This document shows positions 39,939 through 50,135 of a DNA stretch of 64,000 bases, one piece after another. The notes below the pieces were generated by a model. That model was given only the letters and a program-made list of their open reading frames with translations, did no database searches and was not told the origin of the DNA. Made by a program: the position numbers and the translations under genes. Source of the stretch: a bacterium (lineage in GTDB: Bacteria; SZUA-182; DTGQ01); the NCBI GenBank assembly GCA_023512255.1, contig JAILZY010000003.1, positions 29,400 to 93,399 on the forward strand, given 5' to 3'. How positions within the stretch are numbered: position 1 is the stretch's first letter; every line of letters starts with the position of its first letter.

Positions 39939-40074
39939 TATTGATATACTATAATTTTACACTTTCCGTCATTCCTGCGCAAGTGCAGAATCCACAAGAC
40001 CTTGATATTATCGGATTATCGCTTTCGTGGGAATGACGGGGGTGGTTAATACAAAATTTCAATATCTTAAAACA

Positions 40075-40195
40075 TTTCGCTCTTATTTATTGGCTACCAT
40101 TGAAATACATAACCCTAATAAGAGCTAAGCCCCTTCGAGGGTTTATGGTTGTTCTGATATAGGGTTTATGGTGTCTGATATATAAGAGCGATTCA
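40075..40195 (+). repeat. Family-2 MITE-like repeat copy 2
   Basis: Near-identical to 2327-2448. Confidence 0.75.
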
Positions 40196-40219
40196 TATTT
40201 ATCCGGGTAAGTTCATAAT

Positions 40220-41494
40220 TTGAATGAGCAATTTCCCCTAGCTATGAACCCTCGCTTGACCACAGAGGAGCAGATCATTCTTCAGTATGCTGTTCCTCAT
40301 AATCTGGATAAAGATCCATTTCTCAGCCTGGCTAGGAAAGCACCTGAGAGGTGGAATAAGGTTAACTGGGATCAGGTGCTAGAGCTAGCCCTTTCCCACG
40401 ATGTTTTCCCAGCGGTTTATCAGCATCTAGAAAAGAGTGGCTGGGAGCAGATACCTGATGAGTCAGTGGCTAAATTTCGTAGGCAGTGGGGCCAACATCT
40501 GGCCCGAAATATTATTCTCTCCGATGAGCTGAATCGGATTTTGGGGCTTTTTGATAGAGAGGGCATCAAGGCGATCCCTCTGAAAGGCGTTCTTTTGGCA
40601 GGATTATTCTATCCTGAGATATCCTTGCGATCTTTTAGCGATCTGGATATTTGGGTTAGAGCAGCGGATATCAGCAGGGCAGGGCAGATCCTTCAGCAGA
40701 GCGGCTATCGAGAATGGTTTCACCTCAATGGAGGTGGTCCAATAGAAAATGTTTGCGATCTTTTATTCTATCGGCCTCTACCTTCAGGTCCTAGGATAAG
40801 TGTTGAACTTCACCACGGTTTGCTAAAAACGAGGGATTATCCAGCTATTCCTGAAGAGAAGTGGTGGCATCAGGCTCAGGAGGTATGGGTTAGCGGACAG
40901 CATTATTTTTCCCTTGCTCCGGCGGATATGCTCATGTATCTAACCATAAAGATCCATGATTCAGCCTATTGTTATCTAAAACAATTTATTGACTTACATC
41001 AGCTTCTGATCTTCTGGGGTCATAAGCTGGATTGGGAATATATCTTTCAGACAGCTCAAAAGGCAAGAATCCTGAATAATCTTTTTTTTGTTCTTTTCAC
41101 TCTGGAACATCTGTTTGGTCCCACTGATAGTTTCCCAGCACTGTATCGGCAGGTTAAACCTCCGATGGGTAGTTGGCGCATCCATATTTTAGAACATATT
41201 CTTAATCGGCAAACGATTATCCGCGGCCGCTATGGTCGCGATCTTAGAAAAGGGTTCTGCTTGCTTCTGAACGATCGGCTGGCTGACTCAATCACCTCCA
41301 CCCTGAGAGTTTTTTTCCCATCAACCAGAGCAATCTGTGCCCGCTATCTTATCATGCCTCACTCCAAAAGGTTTTATCTCTACTATGGCTTAAATCCCCT
41401 ATTAATTATTTACTGGCTGCTACGAGGTTTAGTGGTCAAATCAAGGGATGGAGACGGACTTGGAGCGCTCCTTGGGCCATGGAATCAAAAATAA
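40220..41494 (+). CDS. Uncharacterised nucleotidyltransferase (NTP_transf_5/PF14907-like)
   Basis: Has the GS-x-DhD-type motif LRSFSDLDIWV. 424 aa. Confidence 0.55.
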   Translation: MNEQFPLAMNPRLTTEEQIILQYAVPHNLDKDPFLSLARKAPERWNKVNWDQVLELALSHDVFPAVYQHLEKSGWEQIPDESVAKFRRQWGQHLARNIILSDELNRILGLFDREGIKAIPLKGVLLAGLFYPEISLRSFSDLDIWVRAADISRAGQILQQSGYREWFHLNGGGPIENVCDLLFYRPLPSGPRISVELHHGLLKTRDYPAIPEEKWWHQAQEVWVSGQHYFSLAPADMLMYLTIKIHDSAYCYLKQFIDLHQLLIFWGHKLDWEYIFQTAQKARILNNLFFVLFTLEHLFGPTDSFPALYRQVKPPMGSWRIHILEHILNRQTIIRGRYGRDLRKGFCLLLNDRLADSITSTLRVFFPSTRAICARYLIMPHSKRFYLYYGLNPLLIIYWLLRGLVVKSRDGDGLGALLGPWNQK

Positions 41495-41714
41495 CTCCTC
41501 AAGGTATTCCCTTTTAACCAATCTCTTAGATATTCCCCACATCCTTGATATTCTCTGCATCCTCCTTTTTAAGGAGTTTTTAGAATTCCCGCCTGACCAC
41601 TAAACCATAAACAAAATCTTCCCTCCTTCCTAAAAAGCTTCTTGCTGCTCGATTAGCTTTCTCGATCAGCTTTAAAGCGTCTATCTCCCCCCTAACACAA
41701 AATTTTCCCTTCCC

Positions 41715-42716
41715 CTATAGAGCCTTTTCCCGGAAGCTATGGAGCGATTTCATATAATTAGCTCGCTCGAAAGCAGCCGGATCTTCCACTGATTTTTGAC
41801 TCATACTTCCCTTTAACTGACCGATAGAAATATATTCTTTCTTCTCCATCCAGGCTTCTATACCCCGTAGAATAGTGCTAAGGTGCGCTATTCCATTGCG
41901 CAGGAGTGCTGAGCAGAGCATAGCTACATCAGCGCCTGCCATCAGCGCCTTTATGGCATCTTCCGCCGTATGGATGCCGCTGGTAATAGCTAGACTGCAT
42001 GAGATTCGGCTATAAAGAATAGCTACCCACCGCAGAGGAAGCCGCAGGTCATCGGAAGTGCTCAAGGTTATCTGTGGCACTACCTCAAGATTTTCAAGAT
42101 CAAAATCTGGCTGGTAAAAGCGGTTGAAGAGCACCAAGCCGTCTGCACCAGCCTCAACCAGGGCTTTGGCCATGGCTGCCGTTGAGCTGAAGTAAGGGTT
42201 TAATTTCATGGCTAGCGGAATCCTGACCCTCTGTTTCATGGCTCGCAGAAGATCAAGATAGAGGGCCTCGACTCTAGTTCCCGACAAGTTTGGGTTGGTT
42301 GGCAGGTAGTAGGCATTAAGCTCCAGAGCATCGGCCCCGGCCTCCTCGATTTGTTCGGCAATCTTGAGCCACCCGCCGACAGTAACTCCGTTTAGGCTAG
42401 CTATAATCGGAATGTCTACTGACTCTTTGGCCTTGCGGATATGCTTTAGGTATTCTTCCGGCCCAAGGTGATACTCCTTGGGTTCGGGAAAGTAGGAGAG
42501 CGCTTCGGGGAACCATTCGTAGTGATAGCTCGTGTAATAGTTTAGCTCTAAGGTCTCATGGGTTAGCTGCTCCTCAAAGAGTGAGGGGAGAACAATGGCT
42601 GAGGCTCCGGCATCTTCTAAGGCTTTGATTTTGTCGATTTCCTCCCCCAGGGGGGAAGAGGAGGGAACCAGGGGATTTTTTAGACATAATCCTAAATAAG
42701 TGGTTGATAGATCCAT
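41715..42716 (-). CDS. Dihydroorotate-dehydrogenase-like TIM-barrel flavoprotein (PFOR-associated)
   Basis: DHOD/DPD family FMN-barrel motifs. It sits immediately downstream of nifJ/por. Confidence 0.7.
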   Translation of the reverse strand: MDLSTTYLGLCLKNPLVPSSSPLGEEIDKIKALEDAGASAIVLPSLFEEQLTHETLELNYYTSYHYEWFPEALSYFPEPKEYHLGPEEYLKHIRKAKESVDIPIIASLNGVTVGGWLKIAEQIEEAGADALELNAYYLPTNPNLSGTRVEALYLDLLRAMKQRVRIPLAMKLNPYFSSTAAMAKALVEAGADGLVLFNRFYQPDFDLENLEVVPQITLSTSDDLRLPLRWVAILYSRISCSLAITSGIHTAEDAIKALMAGADVAMLCSALLRNGIAHLSTILRGIEAWMEKKEYISIGQLKGSMSQKSVEDPAAFERANYMKSLHSFREKAL

Positions 42717-42788
42717 GGTTTTTAAAATCCTCGATTATTCATAAATTATCTTGATTATTCATAAATTATTCATACTCTCTGCTCTTTA

Positions 42789-45700
42789 TTAATGTGGTGG
42801 ATATTCAAGTTTGGCCAGCTGCTCGTAAATATGGAAGCGGCAGTTTACATCCCTCTGAGCTAGCTCAAGGAGCCGTCTGGCCTCATCAGGTTTAGTTTTG
42901 GTCAGCATCTTATATCGATTTTCCAGATAGGCGTACTCTTCCAGGGGAATCTGGGGCGGTTTGGAATCAAGGATGAGGGGATTTAGTCCCTCCTTGAGGC
43001 GATCCGGGTTAAAGCGAAACAGATTCCAGTAGCCACTGTTCACGGCTGCCTTCTGGTTAGTCAGGGCCAGGCTGGTATTGATTCCCTGACCAATACAGTG
43101 GCAGTATGCGATTATCATAGAGGGGCCGTCATACTGCTCAGCCTCGACCAGTGCCTTGACGGTTTGCTGATCATCAGCCCCAAAGGCCACCTTGGCTACG
43201 TAGACGTAGCCATAGGACATAGCCATCATAGCCAGATCCTTTTTGGGCAGATACTTCCCGCCGGCAGCGAACTTAGCCACAGCAGCCCTTGGGGTTGCTT
43301 TGGACATCTGGCCGCCAGTATTGGAATAGACCTCGGTATCAAGGACCAGGAGATTGACATTCCGCTTGGCGGCAAGGACATGGTCCAGGCCATCGAAATC
43401 AATATCATAGGCCCAGCCATCTCCGCCCACGATCCAGACGACCTTTTTGACCAGATAGTCAGCTAGACTCTCCAGATGCCTGACTTCAGGCGATTGGAGC
43501 AGTTTCAATTTCTCCCTGAGCACCTTGACCCGCTCCCTTTGATCAGCAATTTCCCGCTCATTGTTTTGAGGCGCCTCCAAGATAGCCGAAGCCAGCCTGT
43601 CGCCTACCTTTCCGGCTAGCCGTTGCAATAAGGCTCTGGCCTGCTGAGTGTGCTTGTCAATAGCCAGACGCAGGCCAAAACCAAACTCAGCATTATCTTC
43701 AAACAGGGGATTGTTCCAGGCCGGCCCTCTGCCTTCACTGTTCTTGGTCCAGGGCGTGGTTGGCAGATTCCCACCATAGATGGATGAGCAGCCTGTGGCA
43801 TTGCCGATAACTGCTCGATCACCAAACAATTGGCTAATTAGCCGCAAGTACTGGGTTTCCCCGCAGCCGGCACAGGCCCCTGAGTATTCAAAGAGTGGCT
43901 GGAGGAATTGGACTCCCTTCACGGTGCTGATGTTGATTCTGGTTCTATCCGGGTCAGGGATGCTCAGGAAAAATTCATAATTTTTCGCCTCTTCCTCCCG
44001 CCGTGGGAGCTGGGGATAAAGGTTAATGGCCCGCAGCCTGGTTTCTTTTTTATTTTTGGCAGGACAGGCCTGAACGCACAGACCGCAGCCAGTGCAATCT
44101 TCTGGGGCCACCTGGACGGTGAATTTCATACCTGCGAAATCCTTCCCCTTATAATCTGCTGACTTGAAGCCCTTCGGTGCTCCGGCCAGGTATTGAGGAT
44201 CATAAACCTTAGTTCGAATGGTAGCATGGGGGCAGACAAAAGAGCAGCAGTTACATTGAATGCAGACCTCAGGATCCCAGACCGGAATCTGTAGGGCGAT
44301 GTTTCGCTTCTCGTATTGACTGGTGCCAGAAGGGTAGGTTCCATCAGCAGGCATGGCACTGACTGGAAGCTCATCTCCCCGGCCAGCTATTATTTTAGCC
44401 ACTACTCGGCGCACAAATTCGGGAGCCTCCTTCGGGATCAAGGGCTTTTTCTTCATGCCCTGGGCAGAGCTTTCTTGAGGAGTGGTGCTCTCGGCGGCTT
44501 CGGCCTCTGCTGTCTCCTCCTCAGCTAGGATTGGCGGTCGGTCGAAGGTAGCGGTAACTTTATCCGGTATTGGCACTTGGTAGAGATTGGCCAGGGCATG
44601 ATCTACTGCTTTGAAATTCATCTGGACAATCTCTTCACCCTTTTTCCCATAGCTTTCCCAAATCGCCTCCTTGATTTTGGCTATAGCCTCATCCCTGGGG
44701 AGAACACCGGAGATAGCGAAAAAGCAGGTTTGCATAATGGTATTGATCCTAACCCCTAATTGGCATTCCTTGGCTACCTTGAAAGCGTCGATGGTGTAAA
44801 ATTTCATTTTCTTATCGATAAGCTGCTGTTGATCTGAGCGGGGAAGGGTATCCCAGACCTTATCAGGGCCAGCCGGGCTGTTTAGTAGAAAGGTAGCTCC
44901 TTCACTTGCTGCAGACAGCATATCGTAGCGCTCGAGAAATACCGGCTGGTGGCAAGCAATGAAATTGGCCCGCTGAATTAGGTAGGAAGAGTGGATCGGC
45001 TTTTTCCCGAACCGAAGATGGGAAATTGTTACTGAGCCGGCTTTTTTTGAGTCGTAGACAAAATACCCTTGGGCATAGTTGTCGGTTCCCTCACCAATGA
45101 TCTTGATGCTATTTTTATTGGCACTTACCGTGCCATCAGCTCCAAGGCCATAGAAAATGGCTCGGATTGTATCCTCGCTCTCAATGGTAAATGAGGGATC
45201 ATAGTCAATGCTGGTGTGGGTAAGATCATCATTGATGCCGAGGGTAAAATGATTCTTAGGCCGATCTTTTTTCATTTCCTCAAATAGGCCAAGGATCATG
45301 GCCGGAGTGAACTCTTTGGAGCCGATGCCGTATCGTCCGCCAATGATTTTAGGCAGAGAGGAGAAAGGGGCTGTGCCATCAGCTATAGCTTCATAAACTG
45401 CGGCGATCACATCGAGGTAGAGCGGCTCGCCAATGCTGCCCGGCTCCTTGGTTCGATCAAGCACAGCTAAGGTCTTTGTGCTTGCTGGCAGAGCCTTAAT
45501 AAAATGCCTGATAGAGAAAGGGCGATAGAGATGTACCCTAACCAGACCAACCCTCTCTCCCCGATCAACCAGCCAGTCTACGGTTTCCTGAACTACTTCA
45601 GCCCCAGAGCCCATGAGGACGATAATCAGCTCGGCATCGCTCGCACCATGATAGTCAAACAGGTGATAGTGCCTGCCGACCAGGTCAGCGAAGCGGTCCA

Positions 45701-46439
45701 TGGTTTTTTGGACAATATCAGGGCAGGCCAGGTAGTATGGATTGGCGGCCTCGCGGCTTTGAAAATAGACATCAGGGTTTTGGGATGTCCCTCTGATGAA
45801 GGGATTATCCGGTGAAAGTGCTCGGCTTCGGTGGGCTAGAACCAGATCATCATTGATCATGGCAGAGAAGTCATCTCGGCTGAGCTGCTCGATTTTATTT
45901 ATCTCGTGAGAGGTGCGAAAGCCATCGAAAAAGTGCAAAAAAGGCACTCGTGACTCTAGGGTAGCTGCCTGGGCAATTAGGGCAAGGTCCATAGCCTCCT
46001 GAACCGAGCCGGAAGCCAGTAAGGCAAAGCCTGTAGCTCTGGCGGCCATGACATCGCTATGATCGCCAAAAATGGACAGTGCCTGGCAGGCAATGGATCG
46101 GGCGGCAATGTGGAACACGGTCGGGGTTAGTTCTCCAGCAATTTTATACATATTGGGGATCATCAGGAGTAGCCCCTGTGAAGCGGTAAAGGTGGTACTT
46201 AGGGCGCCGGCCTGCAAGGCTCCATGGATAGCTGCCGCGGCTCCTTTCTCGCTTTGCATTTCATTTACTACCGGCACGATTCCCCAGATATTGGTTTGTC
46301 CTGCCTCAGACCATTCATCGGCCAGCTCGGCCATGGGCGATGAGGGAGTTATCGGATAAATCGCGATGATTTCATTCGTTTGATGAGCCACATAGGCCGC
46401 AGCCTCATTGCCATCAATGGTTACCATTCGCCTAGCCAT
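42789..46439 (-). CDS. nifJ: Pyruvate:ferredoxin (flavodoxin) oxidoreductase, single-polypeptide NifJ/PorA type
   Basis: 1216 aa. The N-terminus is MVTIDGNEAAAYVAHQTNEIIAIYPITPSS. It has two 4Fe-4S ferredoxin CxxCxxCxxxCP motifs and the TPP-binding motif GDGW. Confidence 0.95.
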   Translation of the reverse strand: MARRMVTIDGNEAAAYVAHQTNEIIAIYPITPSSPMAELADEWSEAGQTNIWGIVPVVNEMQSEKGAAAAIHGALQAGALSTTFTASQGLLLMIPNMYKIAGELTPTVFHIAARSIACQALSIFGDHSDVMAARATGFALLASGSVQEAMDLALIAQAATLESRVPFLHFFDGFRTSHEINKIEQLSRDDFSAMINDDLVLAHRSRALSPDNPFIRGTSQNPDVYFQSREAANPYYLACPDIVQKTMDRFADLVGRHYHLFDYHGASDAELIIVLMGSGAEVVQETVDWLVDRGERVGLVRVHLYRPFSIRHFIKALPASTKTLAVLDRTKEPGSIGEPLYLDVIAAVYEAIADGTAPFSSLPKIIGGRYGIGSKEFTPAMILGLFEEMKKDRPKNHFTLGINDDLTHTSIDYDPSFTIESEDTIRAIFYGLGADGTVSANKNSIKIIGEGTDNYAQGYFVYDSKKAGSVTISHLRFGKKPIHSSYLIQRANFIACHQPVFLERYDMLSAASEGATFLLNSPAGPDKVWDTLPRSDQQQLIDKKMKFYTIDAFKVAKECQLGVRINTIMQTCFFAISGVLPRDEAIAKIKEAIWESYGKKGEEIVQMNFKAVDHALANLYQVPIPDKVTATFDRPPILAEEETAEAEAAESTTPQESSAQGMKKKPLIPKEAPEFVRRVVAKIIAGRGDELPVSAMPADGTYPSGTSQYEKRNIALQIPVWDPEVCIQCNCCSFVCPHATIRTKVYDPQYLAGAPKGFKSADYKGKDFAGMKFTVQVAPEDCTGCGLCVQACPAKNKKETRLRAINLYPQLPRREEEAKNYEFFLSIPDPDRTRINISTVKGVQFLQPLFEYSGACAGCGETQYLRLISQLFGDRAVIGNATGCSSIYGGNLPTTPWTKNSEGRGPAWNNPLFEDNAEFGFGLRLAIDKHTQQARALLQRLAGKVGDRLASAILEAPQNNEREIADQRERVKVLREKLKLLQSPEVRHLESLADYLVKKVVWIVGGDGWAYDIDFDGLDHVLAAKRNVNLLVLDTEVYSNTGGQMSKATPRAAVAKFAAGGKYLPKKDLAMMAMSYGYVYVAKVAFGADDQQTVKALVEAEQYDGPSMIIAYCHCIGQGINTSLALTNQKAAVNSGYWNLFRFNPDRLKEGLNPLILDSKPPQIPLEEYAYLENRYKMLTKTKPDEARRLLELAQRDVNCRFHIYEQLAKLEYPPH

Positions 46440-46577
46440 ATACTCTTGATCCTCCAGTTTTTTCTCAATAAAAACTATACTTTTGCGGAAAATTTCTAAA
46501 AACTACACTCTTCCGGTAAAATTTCATGGTTTTTCATGAAAATTCATCCCTTCATCCAAAGCCATCGGTTAGCGCTA

Positions 46578-46705
46578 AGCGGTTTTTTCGCCAAGTGCGT
46601 AACACAAGTTGCGCAGCGGATCAATTACGCTATCAATTGTAGCCTGCGGACCTTGTGCCCCGCCGGCGGCTTGCGCTAACTTTGTTAGCGAAAAGACCAC
46701 TCAGT
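46578..46705 (+). repeat. Family-1 repeat element copy C
   Basis: Core gcgtaacacaagttgcgcagcggatcaattacgctatcaattgtag with the terminal arm ttgttagcgaaaagaccac. Confidence 0.8.
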
Positions 46706-47157
46706 TAGCCGCTAGGCTAGCTCTATCCTGCCACCATCAACCAACCGGGGCAAAGTCTCATAGGAACAGCCAGGCCCTTTCCAGCCTGATCGAACCAATC
46801 ATATTGCTCCGTCGCACAGGGTGGATTATGACTATTATTTCGGCTTAAGATGTTAATATACGTGCGCTTGAAATAGTTTAAATTTATTATGCCATCTTCT
46901 TGGTTTTCAGGCGTTGCTCAGGATTGACATATCCTTTAAAATATGATAAAAACATGGCCTAAATATAGGCTTTATCTCTGATTGAGGTTAGTCTGGTAAG
47001 AAATCCTGGCCATAAAACCTCATCGGTCCCGCCTTTTTTGGGGTTATTGCTTTTGCTCAAGATTGGGAATAAGGCGGTAGGATTTGTTAGATAAGCTTTT
47101 TAGCTTTTTGAAATGGGGTATGATAGATAATTGACGGGGGTATGATAGATAATTGAC

Positions 47158-47231
47158 GCGCCCATGGCTCAGTTGGATAGAGCGACGGACTACGGATCCG
47201 TAGGTCGGGGGTTCGAATCCCTCTGGGCGCA
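47158..47231 (+). tRNA. tRNA-Arg (anticodon ACG)
   Basis: Hand-folded cloverleaf: acceptor GCGCCCA/TGGGCGC, anticodon stem ACGGA/TCCGT with loop CTACGGA, T-loop TTCGAAT, discriminator A. CCA is not encoded. Confidence 0.9.
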
Positions 47232-47243
47232 CTTAATAAAAAC

Positions 47244-47286
47244 AAGGGGATTCGGCATAATCAATCCGAATTCCCTTGTTTTTTGT
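47244..47286 (+). terminator. Rho-independent terminator after tRNA-Arg
   Basis: Stem caaggggattcgg/ccgaattcccttg followed by TTTTTTG. Confidence 0.75.
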
Positions 47287-47377
47287 GGGCATGTGTGGCG
47301 GTTTTTAAATTGTCTAAGCCAGTTTTCTCCTCCAGGATTTTCATGGCATTTTGTTAACGAAAAAACCACTAATTTTG

Positions 47378-49084
47378 TCAGGGGATGGAGTATTTTGGAG
47401 GGCAATTTTTGGATTTTGAAAAATTTACCCCCTGATTATCATTGCTCTTTATCCGCTTTCCCTTACGGCCTAACCCGATTACGAGACTTGAATGGCTGTG
47501 GTGCAAAGAGCCAGATTCGAGCTTCTGTGCCATTCTATAATGGGCATCGGCCTCATCGAATCTGCCCTGAGCAGCCAGCAAACACCCGAGATTGTAGTGA
47601 GCCAGGGCCCAATCAGGCTTGATCTTAATGGCCTGCCGATAGTGGGCCTCAGCCTCAGTAAGCTTTTTTTGTTTACTCAGAACAAAGCCAAGGTTGTTAT
47701 GAGCGCATGCATAGTCAGGCTTAATCCTTATCGCCTCGGCATAGTGGATTGCGGCCTCCTGGTATCTTCCCTCAGCAGCCAGAGCTACACCAAGGTTATA
47801 GTGAGCCAGATAGTTATTTGCAGTTACAGCTAGGGCGTGCTCAAAGAGGGTAAGGCTGTTTTTCCAGTACCTTACCTGATGAGCTGTACAGATCATCAGG
47901 TAGAGAATGACAGCCGAGGCGGATGCAGACAGAGTCGCTATTTGATATCGCCTGCACCATTTGGCTGTAAGCTCAAAGGCTGCCCAGACAGCCATGATAA
48001 GCAGCCCGATGCTTGGCACATAGGTATAGCGATCAGCCATGCTTTGCCTTCCTACCTGCACTAGTCCGATAACTGGTAGCAGAGTAATAAGATACCACAG
48101 CCAGCCTACGAGCAGATAGGGTTGCGTTTTGGCCACAGCGACGGCCAGAGCAGACAGCCCAACAATCAGCAGAGCAGATGCAGCCACCTGCCACCACGGC
48201 CAGCTCATCGGATATGGATAAAAAACCGCAAATTGATTTGGCCAAATTAGCTTAACCAGGTAGCGACCATACGATACCAAGGCATTAATCAGCCGCACCT
48301 TCAGAGGAATAGCTTTCAGAGAGGCTACGGCTCCGGCCCGGTGCTGAGCGATGAGGGTTACGAGGCTTACAATTCCTGAAATAGCCAGCAGGGGGAGCTT
48401 TTCCAGAACTAGGCTGATCAGCCCGGCACTTACTCCTGCTTTTGGAAATCGGTTCAGCGGCCAGTGATCGAGCAGCAGCAGAACGAGCGGTAAGCTCACC
48501 AGCATTGGTTTGGCCAAAAGGCCAAGACAAAAGAAGGCAAAAGCTACTAAATACCTTCTTAGCGTAGGAAGCCGGCTGTAGCGAGCCCAGGCCCAGATGG
48601 TCAACATCCCCAAAAAGGTACTAAGAACATCTTTTCGTTCAGCTATCCAGGCCACTGACTCCACACGGAGAGGATGCAGGGCAAATAAGGCAGCCACCAG
48701 GGCGCTTGGCCAGAGCGCGGCGGATATTAGGTGTAGGACCCAAAACAGCAGCAGGGTATTAGCCAGGTGAAACAGAAGGTTGCTCAGGTGATGACCAGCA
48801 GGATTCAACCCGAAGAGCTGACAATCAATCATGTGCGATAGCCAGGTCAGAGGGATATAGTTACCTCCGTGCAGGGTAGTAAAAGCCCACTTGATTCCAT
48901 GACCGGTTAGCCCAGCTTTGATATGATCATTTTCCACCACAAACTGATGGTCATCAAAGTTGACAAAGCCACAGCCGCACACCTTGACAAAAGCAGTCAA
49001 GGTGAGAGAAACGAGAGCTATAGCAATGAGAATCTGCTTGCTAAGCTGCCCAGTTAGGAGAGCTGTCTTGAGATGATGGTTCAT
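47378..49084 (-). CDS. TPR-repeat polytopic membrane protein (TMTC/PMT-like putative glycosyltransferase)
   Basis: The N-terminal membrane domain has the GFVNFDD motif. The C-terminus has at least 4 TPR units (AHYNLG..., AHNNLG...). Confidence 0.55.
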   Translation of the reverse strand: MNHHLKTALLTGQLSKQILIAIALVSLTLTAFVKVCGCGFVNFDDHQFVVENDHIKAGLTGHGIKWAFTTLHGGNYIPLTWLSHMIDCQLFGLNPAGHHLSNLLFHLANTLLLFWVLHLISAALWPSALVAALFALHPLRVESVAWIAERKDVLSTFLGMLTIWAWARYSRLPTLRRYLVAFAFFCLGLLAKPMLVSLPLVLLLLDHWPLNRFPKAGVSAGLISLVLEKLPLLAISGIVSLVTLIAQHRAGAVASLKAIPLKVRLINALVSYGRYLVKLIWPNQFAVFYPYPMSWPWWQVAASALLIVGLSALAVAVAKTQPYLLVGWLWYLITLLPVIGLVQVGRQSMADRYTYVPSIGLLIMAVWAAFELTAKWCRRYQIATLSASASAVILYLMICTAHQVRYWKNSLTLFEHALAVTANNYLAHYNLGVALAAEGRYQEAAIHYAEAIRIKPDYACAHNNLGFVLSKQKKLTEAEAHYRQAIKIKPDWALAHYNLGCLLAAQGRFDEADAHYRMAQKLESGSLHHSHSSLVIGLGRKGKRIKSNDNQGVNFSKSKNCPPKYSIP

Positions 49085-49131
49085 AATGGTTCATAGAAGT
49101 CATAGAAGGCGTGTATTGTCTAAAGGCGTGG

Positions 49132-49911
49132 TCATTTCGATTTAAGTAATTCTGATTCATCGGCAAACATTTGTATAGCTCGGGCCAGGTCCTGGTGCGT
49201 ATCGATATCAACCCAGCGGCGCTGACCGGTCAGAACCGGAGTAAATCGCACTGCATCCTCGGCCAGAAGATCTCGGATCAGGACCTCATAGCGATCAGCG
49301 GTCAGGCCGAGGTTGAAATGGAGGTTGAGACGAGGCATCAGGTGTTGGCGTAAAAAATCAAACGATAATTTATAAGCATTTACAGGTTTATAGACCTTTG
49401 ACAGGTCAAGATTAGGATATTTCTCTGGCTCCCAATCTAAAATCATTTTATCCACTAGTCCGCTATTGTCAAGAGAAACTAGAGGGCTACACATAAGATT
49501 GGGATTCAAGCGATCAACGGCCATAGCATTTTGATGCGGACAGGAGGCAAGGTCAGGCAAAATTCCTTCTTCTAAAAACGTATCTCCTTCAAGTAGCAGA
49601 ATGTCCGAGTAGAAAAAAGCTTGGGCATACCAGAGCGAAGCAAGATTATTGGCATATCCATAGAGGGGATTTTCTAGGAAGGTAACCTGAAGACCCCGAT
49701 AGTGGATGCCGATTCTCTGACGGATGACGTTGCCCAGATAGCCGATCACAATAGCCACATGTTCGATGCCCGAGCGGGAAAGATTCTGCAAGATGTGGTC
49801 GAGAATCGTGGTCTGGGCAATAGGAATTAGACTCTTGGGTATGGTTTGAGTCAAGGGAAGCAGGCGTTTCCCCTGACCCGCGGCTAAAATAACAGCAGTA
49901 TCAACAGGCAT
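49132..49911 (-). CDS. Sugar-phosphate nucleotidyltransferase (NTP_transferase family, LicC/GlmU-N-like)
   Basis: N-terminal signature AVILAAGQGKRL. 259 aa. Confidence 0.8.
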   Translation of the reverse strand: MPVDTAVILAAGQGKRLLPLTQTIPKSLIPIAQTTILDHILQNLSRSGIEHVAIVIGYLGNVIRQRIGIHYRGLQVTFLENPLYGYANNLASLWYAQAFFYSDILLLEGDTFLEEGILPDLASCPHQNAMAVDRLNPNLMCSPLVSLDNSGLVDKMILDWEPEKYPNLDLSKVYKPVNAYKLSFDFLRQHLMPRLNLHFNLGLTADRYEVLIRDLLAEDAVRFTPVLTGQRRWVDIDTHQDLARAIQMFADESELLKSK

Positions 49912-50135
49912 ATTTTTTCCCCTCTCATATTATTTTTATCGTCTCATCCTGGGTTTTCACCAGTTTAAAATGAAGAAAAGGAATAAGTGCAAGGTGAATG
50001 GAAAATAATGGAAAATAGATGGCTTGCGATGAAAAGTTATGATAAAAAAGAGCCGATGAAATGGTTTTCGAGCCAAAAAGAAGCCCAAAAAAAGAGAGTG
50101 GCTGCGGTCAACTTCAAAAATCAATGGAGGAAATA

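Noticed and set aside
47044-47622. ORFs 47044-47232 (-) and 47164-47622 (+) overlapping the tRNA-Arg gene and its terminator
   Set aside because: They read through a well-folded tRNA and a terminator hairpin, and their sequences are low-complexity, so they are spurious.
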